From NCBI GenBank assembly GCA_013265495.1, contig MU060503.1, positions 79,639 through 143,638 on the forward strand: DNA of 64,000 nt, in the 5' to 3' direction. The first letter of the stretch is position 1. Every line of letters begins with the position of its first letter. Source of the stretch: Vicugna vicugna. Lineage: Eukaryota. The notes beneath the pieces were generated by a model. The model was not told where the DNA came from. It was given only the letters and a program-made list of their open reading frames with translations, and made no database searches. Both the position numbers and the translations under genes were made by a program. Shown in pieces: positions 1 to 13,795 of this stretch.

Positions 1-2252
1 GAGGGTGCCCTCCACGCCCCCAGGCTCCCCAGCAGGGACGGGAGCACAGGTTTTAAAAATACCAAAGAGCCTTCCTGCCTGGGTCAGCGTTCACCCTGAG
101 CTCCGAGGGTTATTTCTGTGTCTTCCCAGTAATTTAATTTTAGCCATTTATTCCGATGTGTGTGTTTTTTGGGGAAGCCAAGGTGGCCTCTATTATGGTG
201 TGCAGTATTTTGGGAGGCCCTGGTTTCCAGAAGTGATGCAGGGGCTCAATTAGGCAAGACATCGGCAAGCAGGATTAAAATAACTCCCAAACGCGGGCCC
301 GTGGGTCCCCGGGGGCGATGCCTGTGCTCAGACCCCCTGGGGGGGACGAAGACCAAGGTGTCCTCTGCGTGCCCAGGGTCATCTCTGAGGTGGCAGTTTG
401 TGTCATTGTCTCCAGCTCTCCGAGCACCTGCAGGCATCGTTTCAAAATGCAGAGTGGGTGGAGCTGCCGAAGACGGACAGCCGAGCGCGGGGAGCAGACA
501 GGCCCACACCAGTGGCGAGTTCAGTAGGTCCAGCTCGTAGGCGGATGCACAAATCCACCGGCAATTTATGGGAGGCTTAAAACTTAGTCACTCACCCTTC
601 ACGTTGCAGAGGGTTTTGGAGGAAGTCTTAAACAGCAGTCAAACAGGCCTTCAGAACCCCTGGCCAGTGCTGGCTATACCAGACCCGCCCCCACAACCCA
701 CCCAAGCCCAGCCCACCCCACCCCGGATCTGCCCCCTCCCACCTCCTTCTAACGCGCTGCCCTCGCTCACTGCGCTCCTGACGCCAGTCTTCCCTCAGTT
801 CCCTGAACAGGCCGGGCTCAGTCCTGACTGCGCGTGACCACCCCTCTGCTTGGGTTCTTCCTCGCCTGGCTCTGGCCGTGCTGCCCCCCTCTCGTGTTGC
901 CCCTCACCGTCCAAGCTCTTTTTTGTCCTCCCTTGATCCTCTCCTGACCTTCCCCCATGGTTGCTAGAAGAGCTCTCCCCGCCACGCCCGAGTTCCCTGG
1001 CTCACCTGGAGCAGGTGCAGCCGCTGAGGGATTCAGGGATGGGCTGGGGCGGGGGGGTGGGAGGTGCGAGCATGAGGGACACTCACTGGTGTGTGGGAGG
1101 GCCAGCCCGTCTCCTGAGTCACCTCTCCAGGTGAGCACCCGAGCCCGCATCATCCGTGGCTAGCCCCTCCCTCAGGAATACCGCTGCCCTTCAGCTGTCT
1201 TCAAACTCATCTTTTCAGCTTAAGGGGAGCATGCTGTGGACAGAGGATCCAATTTCAGGCTTTCCGTTTATCGGGGTTGACACTGAACTTGGGAAAGACG
1301 TGTGTAGATTCAAAATAAAGATGAGAAATTTGTTTAGGGAGAAATAAATACTACATGGGGCTGTGTGCGTGTCTGTGTGCCCGAGTGGCCACAGCAGACG
1401 CATGCCCCAGCCTGGCTCGGTGCGTCAGAGAGCAGATGGTCACCCTGAGCAGGAAACCTGGTGCCTCTGAACCGTGAGCTGTGGCCAGGCCTCTGAAAGG
1501 CTGGGCAGGGCCCAGGGTGGGACAAGCAGAGGGCAGGATTCTGACTTTGCCTTGATGATCCAGAAGGCTGGCTACATAGTCAGGAGTCGGGTGGGGAAGG
1601 TAATCTTTAGGACCTCTCCAGGCAGGGCCCAAGGGAGGCCAGCCCCCTCCTAAGGAGCCTTCTGACTTCTGTCTCGGGCACCCTTTCCTGGCTGAAGCTC
1701 TAGTTCTGTACATTGACCTTGGTGCTTACTGTGCATGTGATTAGGGAAAACCATCTCGGCCTCCTCATCTTCCCCACCTCCCCCTCCTCTCAAGCCGTTC
1801 CTTGTGTACCCACTTTGACCTCTCTTGCATCTCATCTCATGAACTGGGGTGTCAGGAGTCAGTCTAGCCTTAATGGGTAACCCAAGGCAGGTCACTTTGT
1901 ATTTTCATGGGAGCCTTTAGTGATGACCCAGAGCTAAGAGAATGACCTCGTGCTGAGAGTTTGGGGCACACTTGGGTGTGCTGACTTGTCTAGACTTGGT
2001 TTGGGTCATCTTGCTAGAAGTGGAGCCTCCAAGGCATGACTTCACCTCTCTGAGACATGCTTCTCTCTACAAAATAGGACGTCTGCCTTCTATGGCTGCT
2101 TTGCAATTCCAATGTGATGATGCTCTGAGAGTAGGTAAAATATCGAGGGCTACTCAAACTTGAGGACTTACTGCCTGCGTGTGTTTGTGGAATGGACTCT
2201 GCCAGTTATTTCCAATGATGATTTGCTGGACACAGAGCTTGGCTTCCATGTT

Positions 2253-2748
2253 TGTATTGGTTATCCATTGCTGCATAACAAATTACTCCAAAACTTAGAG
2301 CTTCAGACAACAAAGTTATTATCTCACACAGTTTCCAAGGGTCAGGAACCCAGGAGCAGCTCAACTGGGTGGTTCTGGCTCAGGGTCTCTTTTGAGATTT
2401 TGGACGAGGTGTTGGCAGAGATTGGGTTCACCTGAAGACTTGATTCAGATGGGACTGGAAGATCCACTTTCGAGCTCACTGACGTGGTTGTTGGCAGGCC
2501 TTAGTTCCTCACTGGCTGTTGGCCGGAGGCTTCATTTCCTTGCAATGTGGGCCTCTCCGTAGGGCGCTCATGACAGAACGAGTGGAGAGAAAGAAGCTGT
2601 CAGGTCTTTTGTAACCTAATCTCAAAAGTGAAATACCATCCTTTCTGCCATATTCTGTTGGTCAACACAGACTAACCCTGGTACTATGTCGGAAGGGACT
2701 AAGAAGGGTGTGAATGCCAGTGGGTAGGGACCATTGGGGGCCATCTTC
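2253..2748 (-). mobile_element. MaLR LTR (MLT1F/G-like)
   Basis: tgtattggttatccattgctgcataacaaattactccaaaacttag...gggtcaggaacccaggagcagctcaactgggtggttctggctcagggtctc resembles the reverse strand of the MLT1F-type consensus. Confidence 0.8.
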
Positions 2749-3090
2749 ATCTGTTTCTAGTTCCTTCCTGTGTCATTGTTTTTTTTCCCCCTTCCATTTT
2801 ACATGGTCTAGTAAAAGACACTAATAGCTTTGAATAGGCTGAGGCTTTTTGTGTTTTCTCTTTTCTGGTTCAACTTCAGATCTTTCCAGGAATGCCTTCC
2901 TTATCCTCTCCTCCCTGGTCCACTGGTACCCTCCCTGTCCATGGCTCCTGCCTACAGGGGAGCACAAGTTAGAATGTTTCCTCCCTGGGGAAGGTTTTAA
3001 ACCAGAGGATACTCTTGTCTGACCTTTGGGGTGCACCTGTCCTCCAGGGGTCCAGCAGGTAATTCCAGGAAAAGGGAACTTCCCACGACA

Positions 3091-3130
3091 AACACACACT
3101 CACACACATGCTCTCTCTCACACTCACTTA
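3091..3130. repeat. Degenerate (CA)n/(CT)n microsatellite
   Basis: aacacacactcacacacatgctctctctcacactcac. Confidence 0.7.
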
Positions 3131-3849
3131 CGCTCATTTTCCCCTAAACTCTATAATCGTAGTGATTATAAAAGGTTGTGCTTTAGTGGGAAGCATATTG
3201 AAATACTTGAATCCATCAGACACTGACAGGAAAGGCTTCCTTGGGTAGGAGATGGAAGAATACAAATACTAACAACACAAGTCAAGGTGTCTTACGTGGC
3301 CTTTCTCATGGCTTCCCTGGAGCAGGCCTGGGAGGCAGAGAAGCTGGATTTCATGGCCCCGTTATAAGAGTAATGCAGGTGAAACTCACAGAGGCTGCGT
3401 GATCTGCTCAAGACCTTGCAAAATGGAGACTGGTCTCAGATATCGGAATATCCAGATTCTTGCCATGGGATCCCAGAACATTGGCCCTGTGCAGGGGGAC
3501 GTGCGCTCCTTTTTCACCTTCTGCAGAATAAATGGTGATCCCAGGTCATCTGCCTACATGGGTGAGGGTGATCCTGCCTACGATGGAAGACCACATGCTG
3601 TCAGGGTTCAGAGCAGTGAGCGGAGGAGCAACATCGCTGAGAACTGAAACTGCTGTGATGGGTGTGCTGAGAGGCTGTGAGGGACCACACAGTGGGGACG
3701 GGCAAAGGGGACCCCCCCTTCCATCTGTTCCTTCCAGTCCACCCAGAGGCTCTTCGCCCTCCTTTCTCAAAGCATCACTGGGAGCACCTCAGGGGGCTCT
3801 GGCTCCAGATGGAGTCCCTGGAATGAAGTGACGGTGAACCCCTTTTGCC

Positions 3850-4050
3850 TCTAGTTGTGCTGTCCAGCACACGAGCCGTCGTGGTTATTCAGGTTAGTTA
3901 AAGTTGAGCAGAGTTAGAATTTCAGTTCTGCAGTCACACTGGCCACATTTCAAGTGCTCAGTAGCAACATGTAGCTAACGGTTACCGCACTGGACAGATA
4001 AAGACCATCTCCATCCCCCCAGGAGGACCTGTTACATGGCCCTGGTCTAC
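3850..4050. mobile_element. MER3-like hAT-Charlie MITE
   Basis: gtgctgtccag...aatttcagttctgcagtcacactggccacatttcaagtgctcagtagcaacatgtagctaacggttaccgcactggacag matches the recalled MER3 consensus. Confidence 0.8.
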
Positions 4051-4800
4051 AGAAACTCCCGGCTCCTGGAGAGCCAGGTGTGGGGTTGGAGGGGAGGAGA
4101 GCAGACTGGAGTGGAAAATTCTGAGGGTCTGGAAGGGGTCCTGAGAGCAGACGGAAGGAGCTGAAAGGGAAAAGTGTTCCTTGAGTAAAGCATCCCCTAC
4201 CCCTCGGTGGGGCTCAGGAAGGGTCTGCCCCTCCCTCGTCTGTGTCTGGGAATGAGGGTCAGTGCCCACCCTGCTGGGGTCCAAAGCCTACAGGGGCCAC
4301 CAGAACTGCTGAGAACAGTGCAGCCTCCCCCAGACCTGCGGGGGGCATCACCGAGAGGTCTGTGTAGAGCCCTCCTGGGTGATTGGGGCAGGGCCCTGGG
4401 CAGAGGGAAGGACACCAGGAGTTTCTGCAGAAAGGGAGCGCCTGTCCCCACTGTTGGCTCCCAGCCCTCTGTCCTTGACTAGAACTCCATTAACCCTCTC
4501 ATTCCCAGAGAACTCCCAGCACAAACCACGCCTCCAATAGTTCCTCCCAGGCTCTGTTCAGGGCACTGGTAAGGGCTTGATTTGTTCTGTTAAGCGAAGG
4601 GGTGAGTAGATGGGTGAAGATTCTTCAAATCAGAGCTTATATGGAAACTAAATATATACACCAACCAAAGTAGACCGCCTCTGTTTTGATCAGGTTGGGT
4701 CTAGAAACCCACCTGTCCTCACTGCCACACTGTCCCTTTGTCCCCACTGGTGTAAAGTAAGTTACTAAAGCTGCTCTGTGTGGAGTGCCCCCTGTGCTGA

Positions 4801-5033
4801 CTGGGTCAGTGGGCAGCTGCCTTTCCCCATAAAGTACTGGGGAGAAAAGCTGAAAGCTTCACGGGCCGTGTGGTCTCGGTCACCACTGCCCCTCTGTGAC
4901 TCTGCATTGTAGGGCAAAAGCAGTCACTGACAATATGCAAACAAGCAAGAAGGGCGGTGTTCCCACAAAACGTTATTCACAAAAACAGCTGGTGGCTGGA
5001 TTCAGCCCATAGGCCATCGTTTGCAAATCCCTG
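4801..5033. mobile_element. MER58A-like hAT-Charlie MITE
   Basis: aaagcagtcactgacaatatgcaaac...gtgttcccacaaaacgttattcacaaaaacagctggtggctggattcagcccataggccatcgtttgcaaatccctg. Confidence 0.8.
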
Positions 5034-7740
5034 ATCTAGACTGTCTCGACAACACCGAAGAGAAGGAAATTTCTGTTTACGCCTTCCGGCTGAGAAGGCC
5101 AAGGTGCAGCAATGTGAGGTCACCTCCCCGCCTCTGCTCTCACCGGCCTCTTGGGGCAGATCCAGGCTGTCTGACCTGAGGTCACAGCCCCTGTCCCTCC
5201 ACCCTGCCTGGGATGGAGCATCTACCCAGGGTGGCCCCAGGACGGAAGTAGCAGGAATCCAGAAGAGAGGTCCCGTGGGGTGGTGGGCTGTCCTACCCCA
5301 TCCCCCCAGCATGCTCTAGTTCGTGAAGACGGTACTGCCATTCTCAGAGAAGCATGCCTCAGGGCTGGGTACTTGCTTGAGCTCTGCTCTGCTAAGCCTC
5401 ACACATCCTGTTGGACAGAAGTCCCTGGAGATGTACTTGGACATGGAGGCTGCAGAAGGCCGGGCTGAAGGCTGCCGTGGGAGACCTTGGGATACGGATG
5501 ACCAAGGAGTAGCCACTGATGCCTAATGGCACTTGGAAGGCTCTGGGAAAGATAGTGTCCCCTGCCTCCCTGCAGCTACTGAGGCAGGACTTGGGAAGGC
5601 AGAAGGTGGGAGGGGAAGGAGGGCCAGCAGGGCAGTGCACAGATGGGACAGGTCTTGCCTCCACAACTGGGCTGGCCGGCCGGCCCAGACCCTGCCCTGC
5701 ATGGGGCTCTGCCATGCCCACCATGGGACAGCCACCACCCAGAGCTGACGCAGCAGCCCGGAGCACCCACAGGCTAAGAGCAGTCTCTTGCTCTTAGTGG
5801 CCTGTTTTTGAGCAACCCCTTCTGGACACAGCTTCCCATTCACCTTCTACAATCTCTCAGGTCGTAGCCTGTCCCGCAGACAACCTGGCCCAGCCAGCAG
5901 AGCGCTGTCCCTGCTACACCCGCCGCAGCCCTCCAGCTGTGCTGCGGACACAGGGCTGCCCAGCACTTGGCCAGGGTCCCCGCCCAGGGAGTAGACAAGG
6001 GGAGGTGCTCACTAATCTGAGCAACCGTCCGGGGCCTTGATTCAGCTTGGTGTCCGCGGAAGAGGCATGGTGTACTCTCTGTAGATAAACGACCTACACA
6101 GAAGCCCACCTGTCCTCACCGCCGCACAGTATGAGTGAATGTGATTTTGAGATACATGGGGGTCCTGTTGCCTGAACTTCCATTAGTAAGCTCCCACCTC
6201 TTTGGGGTTTAAAAATTGACATTCCCTGAAGTCCTTTCCAAATCGTAGCTTCCTGGAGGAGGTATATCCCCAGGCTCTGGGACACCTTCCTGGGATTGAC
6301 TTTGTCAAGTTTGTGGATTACAGATAGGGGAGGGGAACAAAGGGGGATGGCATGGGGTGGGGGGAGGTGGGGGGGCTTGAAGTCCCAGCTTGGATGCGTG
6401 AAGATTGTGTCTCAGCCCTGCCGCCCCTTTTGGAAGTGGCAGCCTCCCACTTGCAGTAAATCCCTCAGACCCCACCCAGCCTGGGTAGTTGAAATGGGAC
6501 TAGCTGGGCTCTTTGCCAACCACTGCCATCCTGGGGGAGCCAGCCGAGTGCAGGGTGAGGGGAGGGGCTCTCTGGTGAGTGACAGACCCGTGCCCAAGCC
6601 CCCGGGAGCACCGTGCAGTTAAGAAGGGTCGGGGGGAGTACTAGGGACACAGATGGCCTGGTGGGGTCTCGGGTCCCCGTCAGCTCTGCTGCCAGGGTCA
6701 GGTTGTACCAGCTTCCGCGGAGTGCTTTAGACCATGTTGCAGAGGGCTAAGCTGGCCCATTCCACCACAGAGCAACTGGGAGTGTTGAGACCGAAGAAAG
6801 TTCTGTCTGCCCAAGGTTTTTCATTGTGTAAGAGCAGCATTGTGAAAGAAGACAGCTGCCCCCATCTCCTTTAAGCTCCCATAGGGGCTCTCCTAGCCCT
6901 GCTTGGCCAACAGACCCTCCAGCCCACCCTAACTCCCCCTGGAAATCCCAGCTAGCCCGTCCCTTCTCCAAGTCTCTCAGGGCTGGCTCTCAGAGCAAGG
7001 CTCTTCCATGGTAAAGACCCACCTTCCCATCGTAAAAGCCCTGTGGCGGGTCTTAATTCTGATGGATGTAGCAGTAATTTGGGGTTCAATAATGGGGGTA
7101 TTTGCAGGTAGAGCTGACCATCTCCCCCTGAGGCAGGGTCAATGCTCGGCAAGGCCATTAAGGATGTTGGGTGTTTCAGACTCCACTGAGCCTGTTCTCT
7201 GAGCCGTGGCTCAAATGCAAAATGGGAACCTCCAGTAGCGGGAGGGGCCAGGCTTAAGCTCCACCCCCTCCCCCCTGCCCCGGGACCAGGAATGGGGAGA
7301 CCTTCAAGATTGCCCCTTCTGGCAGGGACTGCCCACCAAAAATAGGTCAGGGCCACCCCCCTTGAGCATTGCTGTGGTCAAAGAGATGATGTCAGATTAG
7401 CTGTATTAAAATTGCTCGGATCCCAGGATTCGCTGGGATTTGTCTGCATCCTGTTTATCATAGGACAGCATTCTGGGGGAGAGAGGGAATTTTTCCTTTA
7501 GAGGCTGAGGCACTTTGTAGCATTGGCCTTATCTACCTGATCCCCAGGGTTGGGGGAGCAATGCCTGTCACCAGCCCCTGTACAGATAGGTAAGGGAGGC
7601 CTGGACAAGGGGGCTTTGGTCAGGAAGAGAGCGTCTCCTGAGTGCTTCTCGCAGGCCTAGGTCTGTGCCAGGCATTCCAGGAGCTTATAGTCTATTTGGA
7701 GAGAAAAGATATACTGAACAGTTTTCACTTAATAACACTG

Positions 7741-7860
7741 GTGTGTGTCTGTGTCTATGGGTGTATGCATGTGTGTTATACATTTTGTACATGTATGTGT
7801 GCGTGCGTGTGACGTGTGTGTCTATGTATGTGTATATGAATGTGTGTAGTTTGTGTGTGT
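7741..7860. repeat. Compound degenerate (TG)n/(TATG)n tract
   Basis: About 120 nt dominated by TG/TA alternation. Confidence 0.85.
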
Positions 7861-10344
7861 AATAGTGCAATGCCAGGCCGTAGGCCCTGGGACTTAAGAG
7901 AAAAGAAAGATTTCTGGAGTCTAGAGTAGCCAAGAAGCCTTCCTGGAGGAGGTGGAATGTGATCTGTCTCATCAATAGGCCAGACAGAGGGCAGGGGGAA
8001 GCGCATTCCTGGTAAGTGACTGAGCAGGGACAAAGGTGCCAGGTTGGGGCCTGCCTGGTGTGCTGTCAGGGACAGTGGGCAGGGTTCCTGATGGCAGAGG
8101 ACACCGAGGGGCCAAAGAAAGAGGTGTGTCAGGGAGGGACCTCTGTGGAAGGCATGAAAAGCCAGCCAAGAGTTTAGACCCAGTGCACCAAGCTACAGAC
8201 ACATCTCTCAATGCATTATATGCAGATGTTCAAGCTAGGAGGGGACGTCACTGGAGGGGGCAGCAGGGGCCAAGGCACTTGGTTGGAAGTCAGGTGGCAT
8301 GCGGGGGGTGGCCAGAGGAGGAAGATTCATGTTAGAGAGAAGGAGATGAGATTGGAAGCTGGGGGAGGAGAGATGTTGTGGAGGGAGGAGAGGGTACCTG
8401 AACAGAATCTGTACCTCCAAGGAAGCCTCGGCCTTTTGTCTTGACTTGCAGTGCCCAATTCTCATCCTTTTAGGCTGGAGTCTGTAGAAGGCTTGCTGGC
8501 GATGCAGTTTCCCCATCAAAACAGGTCGTGATCAGAATGTGAGACATCGTCCTACCCATGGGTGCTTAGGGCAGGTGAGAGGGCATAGGTGCTCCCTTTC
8601 CACCTGCTGTCCTCCCTGGGAGCTCTGGCCAATGGATGGGCCGAGACAGGAAACACCCCGGGCATGCTTGTGGAGGGGAGGATGGACAGCCTCTGGGAAG
8701 GGCTGGGCTGGTCATTATCCCACGTGTCAGGGGAAGTGGAGGAGTCGGAAAGGGCACGCCAGGGTGGTCTGGCAGTTGGGATGGCCTTGTTCCTGGGAAA
8801 GGTTGCCACGAAGCCTTTTCCCCAGCTTCTCCGTAGCAGCAACTCTTCCTTCCCGGAGTGTTAGTGAAAACCTGCAATTACAGAGCCGCCCCTGGGTGGG
8901 AGCGTTTAGACTTCCTCTTCTTCCAAGATACACTGAGTCAAGACCCAGTCAGTGCAGAAAGTGGATGCCTCTCCCACGTTACTTCCCGCATGGCCCCACG
9001 GGGCTGTGGGTAATGAGCGGGGTGATTATGTATTTCACGTCCGGGATTAGGAAGGTGAAGGGGATTGGATGGATGCCTGTGTGTCTCCAGGCTCTGAAGC
9101 TGGCCATCCTCCTGCTCTTGGCACTCCCTGGGACTACTCAGCAGATCCCACAACATCCCTGGGGTTTGGGGCCCTGTCTGCCTCCGGCTACGCTAAAGGG
9201 AAGTCAGAGCTGTGGGCGGAAGCTCGGGAGAGGACTTTGGGCTGGAATACGTGTTGTGCAGCTTAGCAGAAAGCTCCACCCGGGCTACACTTTGGGATGG
9301 CTCAGAGTTTTGCTCTTTTTCTTCCAGTGATTTTTCTTTGGGGCATATTTATTTCCTGGCCTCTTGCCTTTGCTGATGTGAGTTGTTAGAGGGTATTGGG
9401 AGAGAAGGAGAAATACATAGAATGGGTAGCTCTCGGTTTGCAATTTTCTCTGTAGAAGACAGAATAAAAGCAGCCATCATGCGTCAGGAACTTTCTGGAC
9501 CTGCAGCATCTTGGTCAGTTGAGGCCTCAGGCTCTAGAAGGCTTTCCTGGGGCAGGTAACTTGGTCCCGCCTCCGGCAGGAAGTGTACAGAAGCCTCCTG
9601 TCAGGGCAGGCCAGCCTCGGGGCTCAGCTGCCTTACCCCTGAGGCAGCATCGGCCCTCTGCCATCCTGACCAGTTCCTTGGCCGCCTGCTGCTCCACCCC
9701 ACTGACATCTGTGAACTCCCTAAGTCTGTCTCTGCTCAGCCGGCTGCTCCCTGCTGAGCCCCTGCTTTGCACGTGCACTCCTACCTCCTGCCCACAGTCC
9801 TGTCTCCAGGACCCACCACGTGACTCCACACAGCCCAGCAGCCCTTTGCCGTGCGCAGAGAAGCCGGTGATGGGTGCTGAGGCTGCTGCACGATGGGAAT
9901 TTATCTTTACCTCCTTCTCCTAAGAAGAGGTTGACCACTTGCATAGTTTGCCAGGAACAGGTTTGGGTCAGCCTCCACACTTGGTCCTCTGATTCACCCT
10001 CAGTGTCCACTCCAAGGCCCACAGAGATCATCTTATCCAGGCTTCTCATTTTGCAGCGTGAAGGGGGAGCTCCCCGAGGTCAAACACTTGACATTGGCAG
10101 AGTCAAACTGTAAGCTAGGTCTCCTGCTTCTGCCCTGATACTTCTAGCATTTGGCAAAGCCCTGGCCTGCCTACCACCAGGAATCAGGGAGTTCAGGAGT
10201 TCAGAATTTCAGAACAGGAAGAAACCCCAGAATAACTCACTCTCTTATAAGCCGCTAGACGTGGACTTCTAGGGACTGTTTTGCCCCTAACCCAGCGTGG
10301 TGGTGCTTGCTAGAAAACAGAATTGAACCACTTTGGTCCAGACA

Positions 10345-10700
10345 ATTTTAAAAATAAGGAAATAAAAATGGCAAAAAATAAAATCTATCCCTAAAAATAA
10401 AAAGCAGAGAGAAGTAAGTGACATTAAATAATGTTAATTGAGAAAAGCAAAGTGGAAAAAGTATATGCAGTGTGCTACTTTTCTCCCTAAAAGGCAGATA
10501 TAAATATAGATTAAAGGTAATGAATGGATGGACAAACCATAAAACCAATTAAGTGGTTATTTACGGTGCAAAAGGGCGAGGTGGTGGGGTGTAGAGAGCA
10601 GACATCGCTGAACACCTTGTTTTGCAGATTTGACTTTGGAACCCATGTAAATATTTTACATAATTATAAATAAAAATGAAATTGAAATGAAAACAAACCT
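10345..10700 (+). mobile_element. Old L1 3' end fragment (L1MC4/5-like)
   Basis: A-rich; gatttgactttggaacccatgtaaatattttacataattataaataaaaatgaaattgaa resembles an L1MC 3' end. Confidence 0.65.
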
Positions 10701-10809
10701 TTTTGTGAGCCTGGGAAAACAGTCAGGCTGCCTGAGCTGGGGTGTCCAGGAGGCTCCTTAGGTCACCAGCTCCCTGAGCTCCAGGCCCCTGCACCCTCCA
10801 GCCTTCTCA

Positions 10810-11970
10810 ACGTCCCACAGTGGGTGTCTCTGAAACTTCTCCAACTCAGTTTATCCAAGAGCGAGCTTCTGTCCACCTCAGACCTGCCCTCCCCTAGTCT
10901 TCTTGCAGTTGCTGAGGCCAGATACCTTGGAGACATCTGTGATTTCTCTCCTCCTCTCCACCCACTGCCAGTCTGTAATTCCTGCCAGTCCCACCCTCAA
11001 AACAGGTCCAGAATCCACCCCCTTCATACCACCTCTACTCCTGCTCCTCTGGCCCAGGGCATGATTGGCTCCCACCTGCATTATTCCTATAACCTCAATG
11101 GTCTCCCTGATTCAGCCTTTTTAAATGTCATTTCTTTGTTCAGAGTCCTTCATTTCACAGAGTAAGGACCAAAGTCCTCTCAGTGGTCTACAAGGCCCCA
11201 GGTGATCTGGTTCCCATCACCTCTGACCTCATCATCTACCATCCCCCTCACAGTCTGCACTCCAGCTACACTGGCCTTATTGGGGACCTTGAGCATCACT
11301 GGCAAGATCCTACCACCAGGCCTTTGCACTTGCTGTCACCTCTAACTGGATTGCTCTGCTCTCAGATATTTACATGGCTCCTCCCTCAAGTTTTTGCTCA
11401 GTGGCACCATCTCAGTGAGGTCTGTCCTAAGCACTCTATCTGAAAGTATAAACCCTCATAGGCGAGGGACAGTAAGAGGTACAAACGTCCGGTTATAAAA
11501 TAAATAAGTCTTGGGAATGTAATGGACAGCATAGGGAATATAGTCAATAGAATCAGAATAACTTTGTAAGGAAACAGATGGTAACTAGACTTATCGTGGT
11601 GATCATCTTATAATGTATAAAAATATCCAATCACTATGTTGTACACCTGACACTAATACAATATTGTAAGTCAATTATACTTCAATTTAAAATTCTTTAA
11701 TAAATAAAAGTGCAGTCTCTCCCAGGGTATCCCATGACCACCAACAGCACCCCCAGCCCCTCTTCATGGCTTCATATTCTCCATAGAATTTAATGCCGTC
11801 TGGTATTCTGCATGATGTATTTATTCGGTTTACTGTCTGTATCTCCCCATTGGAGACAAGCTCCACAAGAGCAGGACTTTTGTCACTTGCTCCCCCCCAC
11901 ATCCCCAGTGTCGAGAGCACTGTCTGCCTGTAGTAGAATTCAGTAGACGTTTATTGAGTAAATGAACAGA
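10810..11970 (+). mobile_element. L2 element, split by an L1 insertion at about 11443-11711
   Basis: L2 body (ctgaggccagataccttggagacatc, ggccccaggtgatctgg) and L2 3' end (tctcccccattggagacaagctccacaagagcaggac...gacgtttattgagtaaatgaa). Confidence 0.85.
11448..11706 (+). mobile_element. 5'-truncated L1 3' UTR (laurasiatherian L1MA-derived type)
   Basis: ggtacaaacgtccggttataaaataaataagtc...atggtaactagacttatcgtggtgatcat...tcactatgttgtacacctgacactaatacaatattgtaagtcaattatacttcaattt, followed by an A-rich tail. Confidence 0.85.
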
Positions 11971-13659
11971 TGGACAAGGGGGTAGCCAGCCCTGCCCTAG
12001 GTTACTCACTTTATCCTCTCAGGGCCTTTCAGCAGCTCTGCTACAGTCCTGCCAGCTCTCCAGAGTGCCTTCCCACCAAGATCTCTCCGCCGCAGCCCAG
12101 AAATTAGTCTGTTAAACCACCCAAGGGAGACTAGCATCAGTGCCCAGATTTGAAGCAGAAGGTGCCAATTCCCACCGTCCACTCTGGGCCTTTATAAGGC
12201 AGGCTCGGGCCTGGGTCATTGATCAGCTGCCGGTAGACGGGTGGTGATGGGACTGAAGCCTCAAGCAAGGCCCTAGCGGATGGTTCATGGTGACTCATAT
12301 GCAGAGCCTTCTCTGGAAGTGAAGTTCAGTTTAAGTCAGATCATCACAAATAAAAATCCTTGATGTGTCACCTGGGTGCCTTCCCTGTGTGGTGCTCTGT
12401 CACAGGTGAGCCTTAAATGTGCTCCTTGACATGACCTCCAGTGGTGGGAGGGCTGGACCTTGCCAGATGTTACCCTGACTTCCCCAGTGTCATCTTGTCT
12501 CATGTCATGAAAGTGTGGTGGGAAGAGCACGAGCCTGGGATCCAAGACCTAAGTGGACCCTCTGTCCTTCCCTAAGTCCATGAGGAAGCTAGAGCAGGCC
12601 ACCTAGCCTGTGGGACCTCCATTTTTCCCAAACAAAGGGAACTGAGTCACCCAGTCTCTAATTAGAGGGGCCAGCTGCCCTGGTTTACCCTGGACTGTCC
12701 CAGCTTTAGCATGGGAAGCTCGTACCCCTGGAAGCCCCGGCAGACCTCCTGGTCGGTCACCCTGTCTGTCTCTCAGGCTCCTCCCGCCTCCTGGCACCTG
12801 ACGTTGCAATTCCTTGAATGCCATCAGCAGGATAGTATTAATTACTCCTCATACTTCCCAACACCAGTCAGATAGATGTGATTCCTCCTGGCCTAGGAGC
12901 CTACGAAAGGCAGAGGGAATTGTGGGGCAGAGTTAGCCTAGGACAACATGGACTATGGAAGGGAGATGGGTGTCTGGAGAGACAGGCCTCCCCCTGAGCT
13001 GGATGCCAGGCAAGCAATCCACTCACTGTGGCCTGTGACAGCGTCAGAAGGGACAGACTTCTGTTTGATGGGCCTTGGTGGGAAGTCTCCCGTTAGTCTT
13101 GAAGGCCCTTCCTTCTGCCTGTTGTCGCACTGTGGGAGAGGCCACAGGCCACCCTGCCCTGGCCCTGGCCCTGGCTCTGCCCCTTCGCTCTTTGGCCTGT
13201 GCCCTAACCTTCTACTCGGGCTCCTCAATGTTGGAGTCACAGAATAATCACTCATGGGAGAGGGAGTTAGTCCCCACTGTGGGTGTTTCACCCATCCTGG
13301 ATGAGGGGCATTCCAAAACGGCGGCCTGGCAGAGAGCAGGTGTCAGAGGCGGCAGGAAGCTGAGAGCCCCATGGGGGGCACCGCTCAGTGATGAGTTATG
13401 GTTTCAAAGTTCACAGATGCCTTTAGTTAATCCCTCAGTTAAGGAACCATGGGAGGCAGCCATGCTGGTGGTTTAAACACATGCTCCTGTCTGCTCCTAC
13501 CCCTCCCGCTCTGTGTCTGCCTGGGTATCTGGGGTGGCCCAGATTACTTCCTGCTGATCTATCTCCAAGTACGTCAGGCATGCCCATCATATTTAATAAA
13601 TTCTTAGCACGTCCTCTGTTCAAAGGGCTCTACAGTCAGTCATCAACACACATTGTCAG

Positions 13660-13795
13660 TACAGCCGCCCTTTGAGGTAGGTGCTTTTATATGCACATTT
13701 TACAGGTGGGGCAACTGAGGCAGAAAGAAGGGACGTGACTCACCCCGGGTCCCACAGTGCATCAGAGGCAGAGCCAGGGCCTGCACTCAGGCAGG
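13660..13795 (-). mobile_element. MIR SINE
   Basis: cattttacaggtggggcaactgaggcagaaag core. Confidence 0.75.

Noticed and set aside
1988-1995. Perfect palindromic Smad element GTCTAGAC
   Set aside because: About one copy of any 8-mer is expected by chance in 64 kb; no supporting context
8539-9330. 263-aa ORF on the + strand
   Set aside because: No recognisable domain, W/P/G/R-rich composition typical of GC-rich intron, and no splice or Kozak support; likely chance
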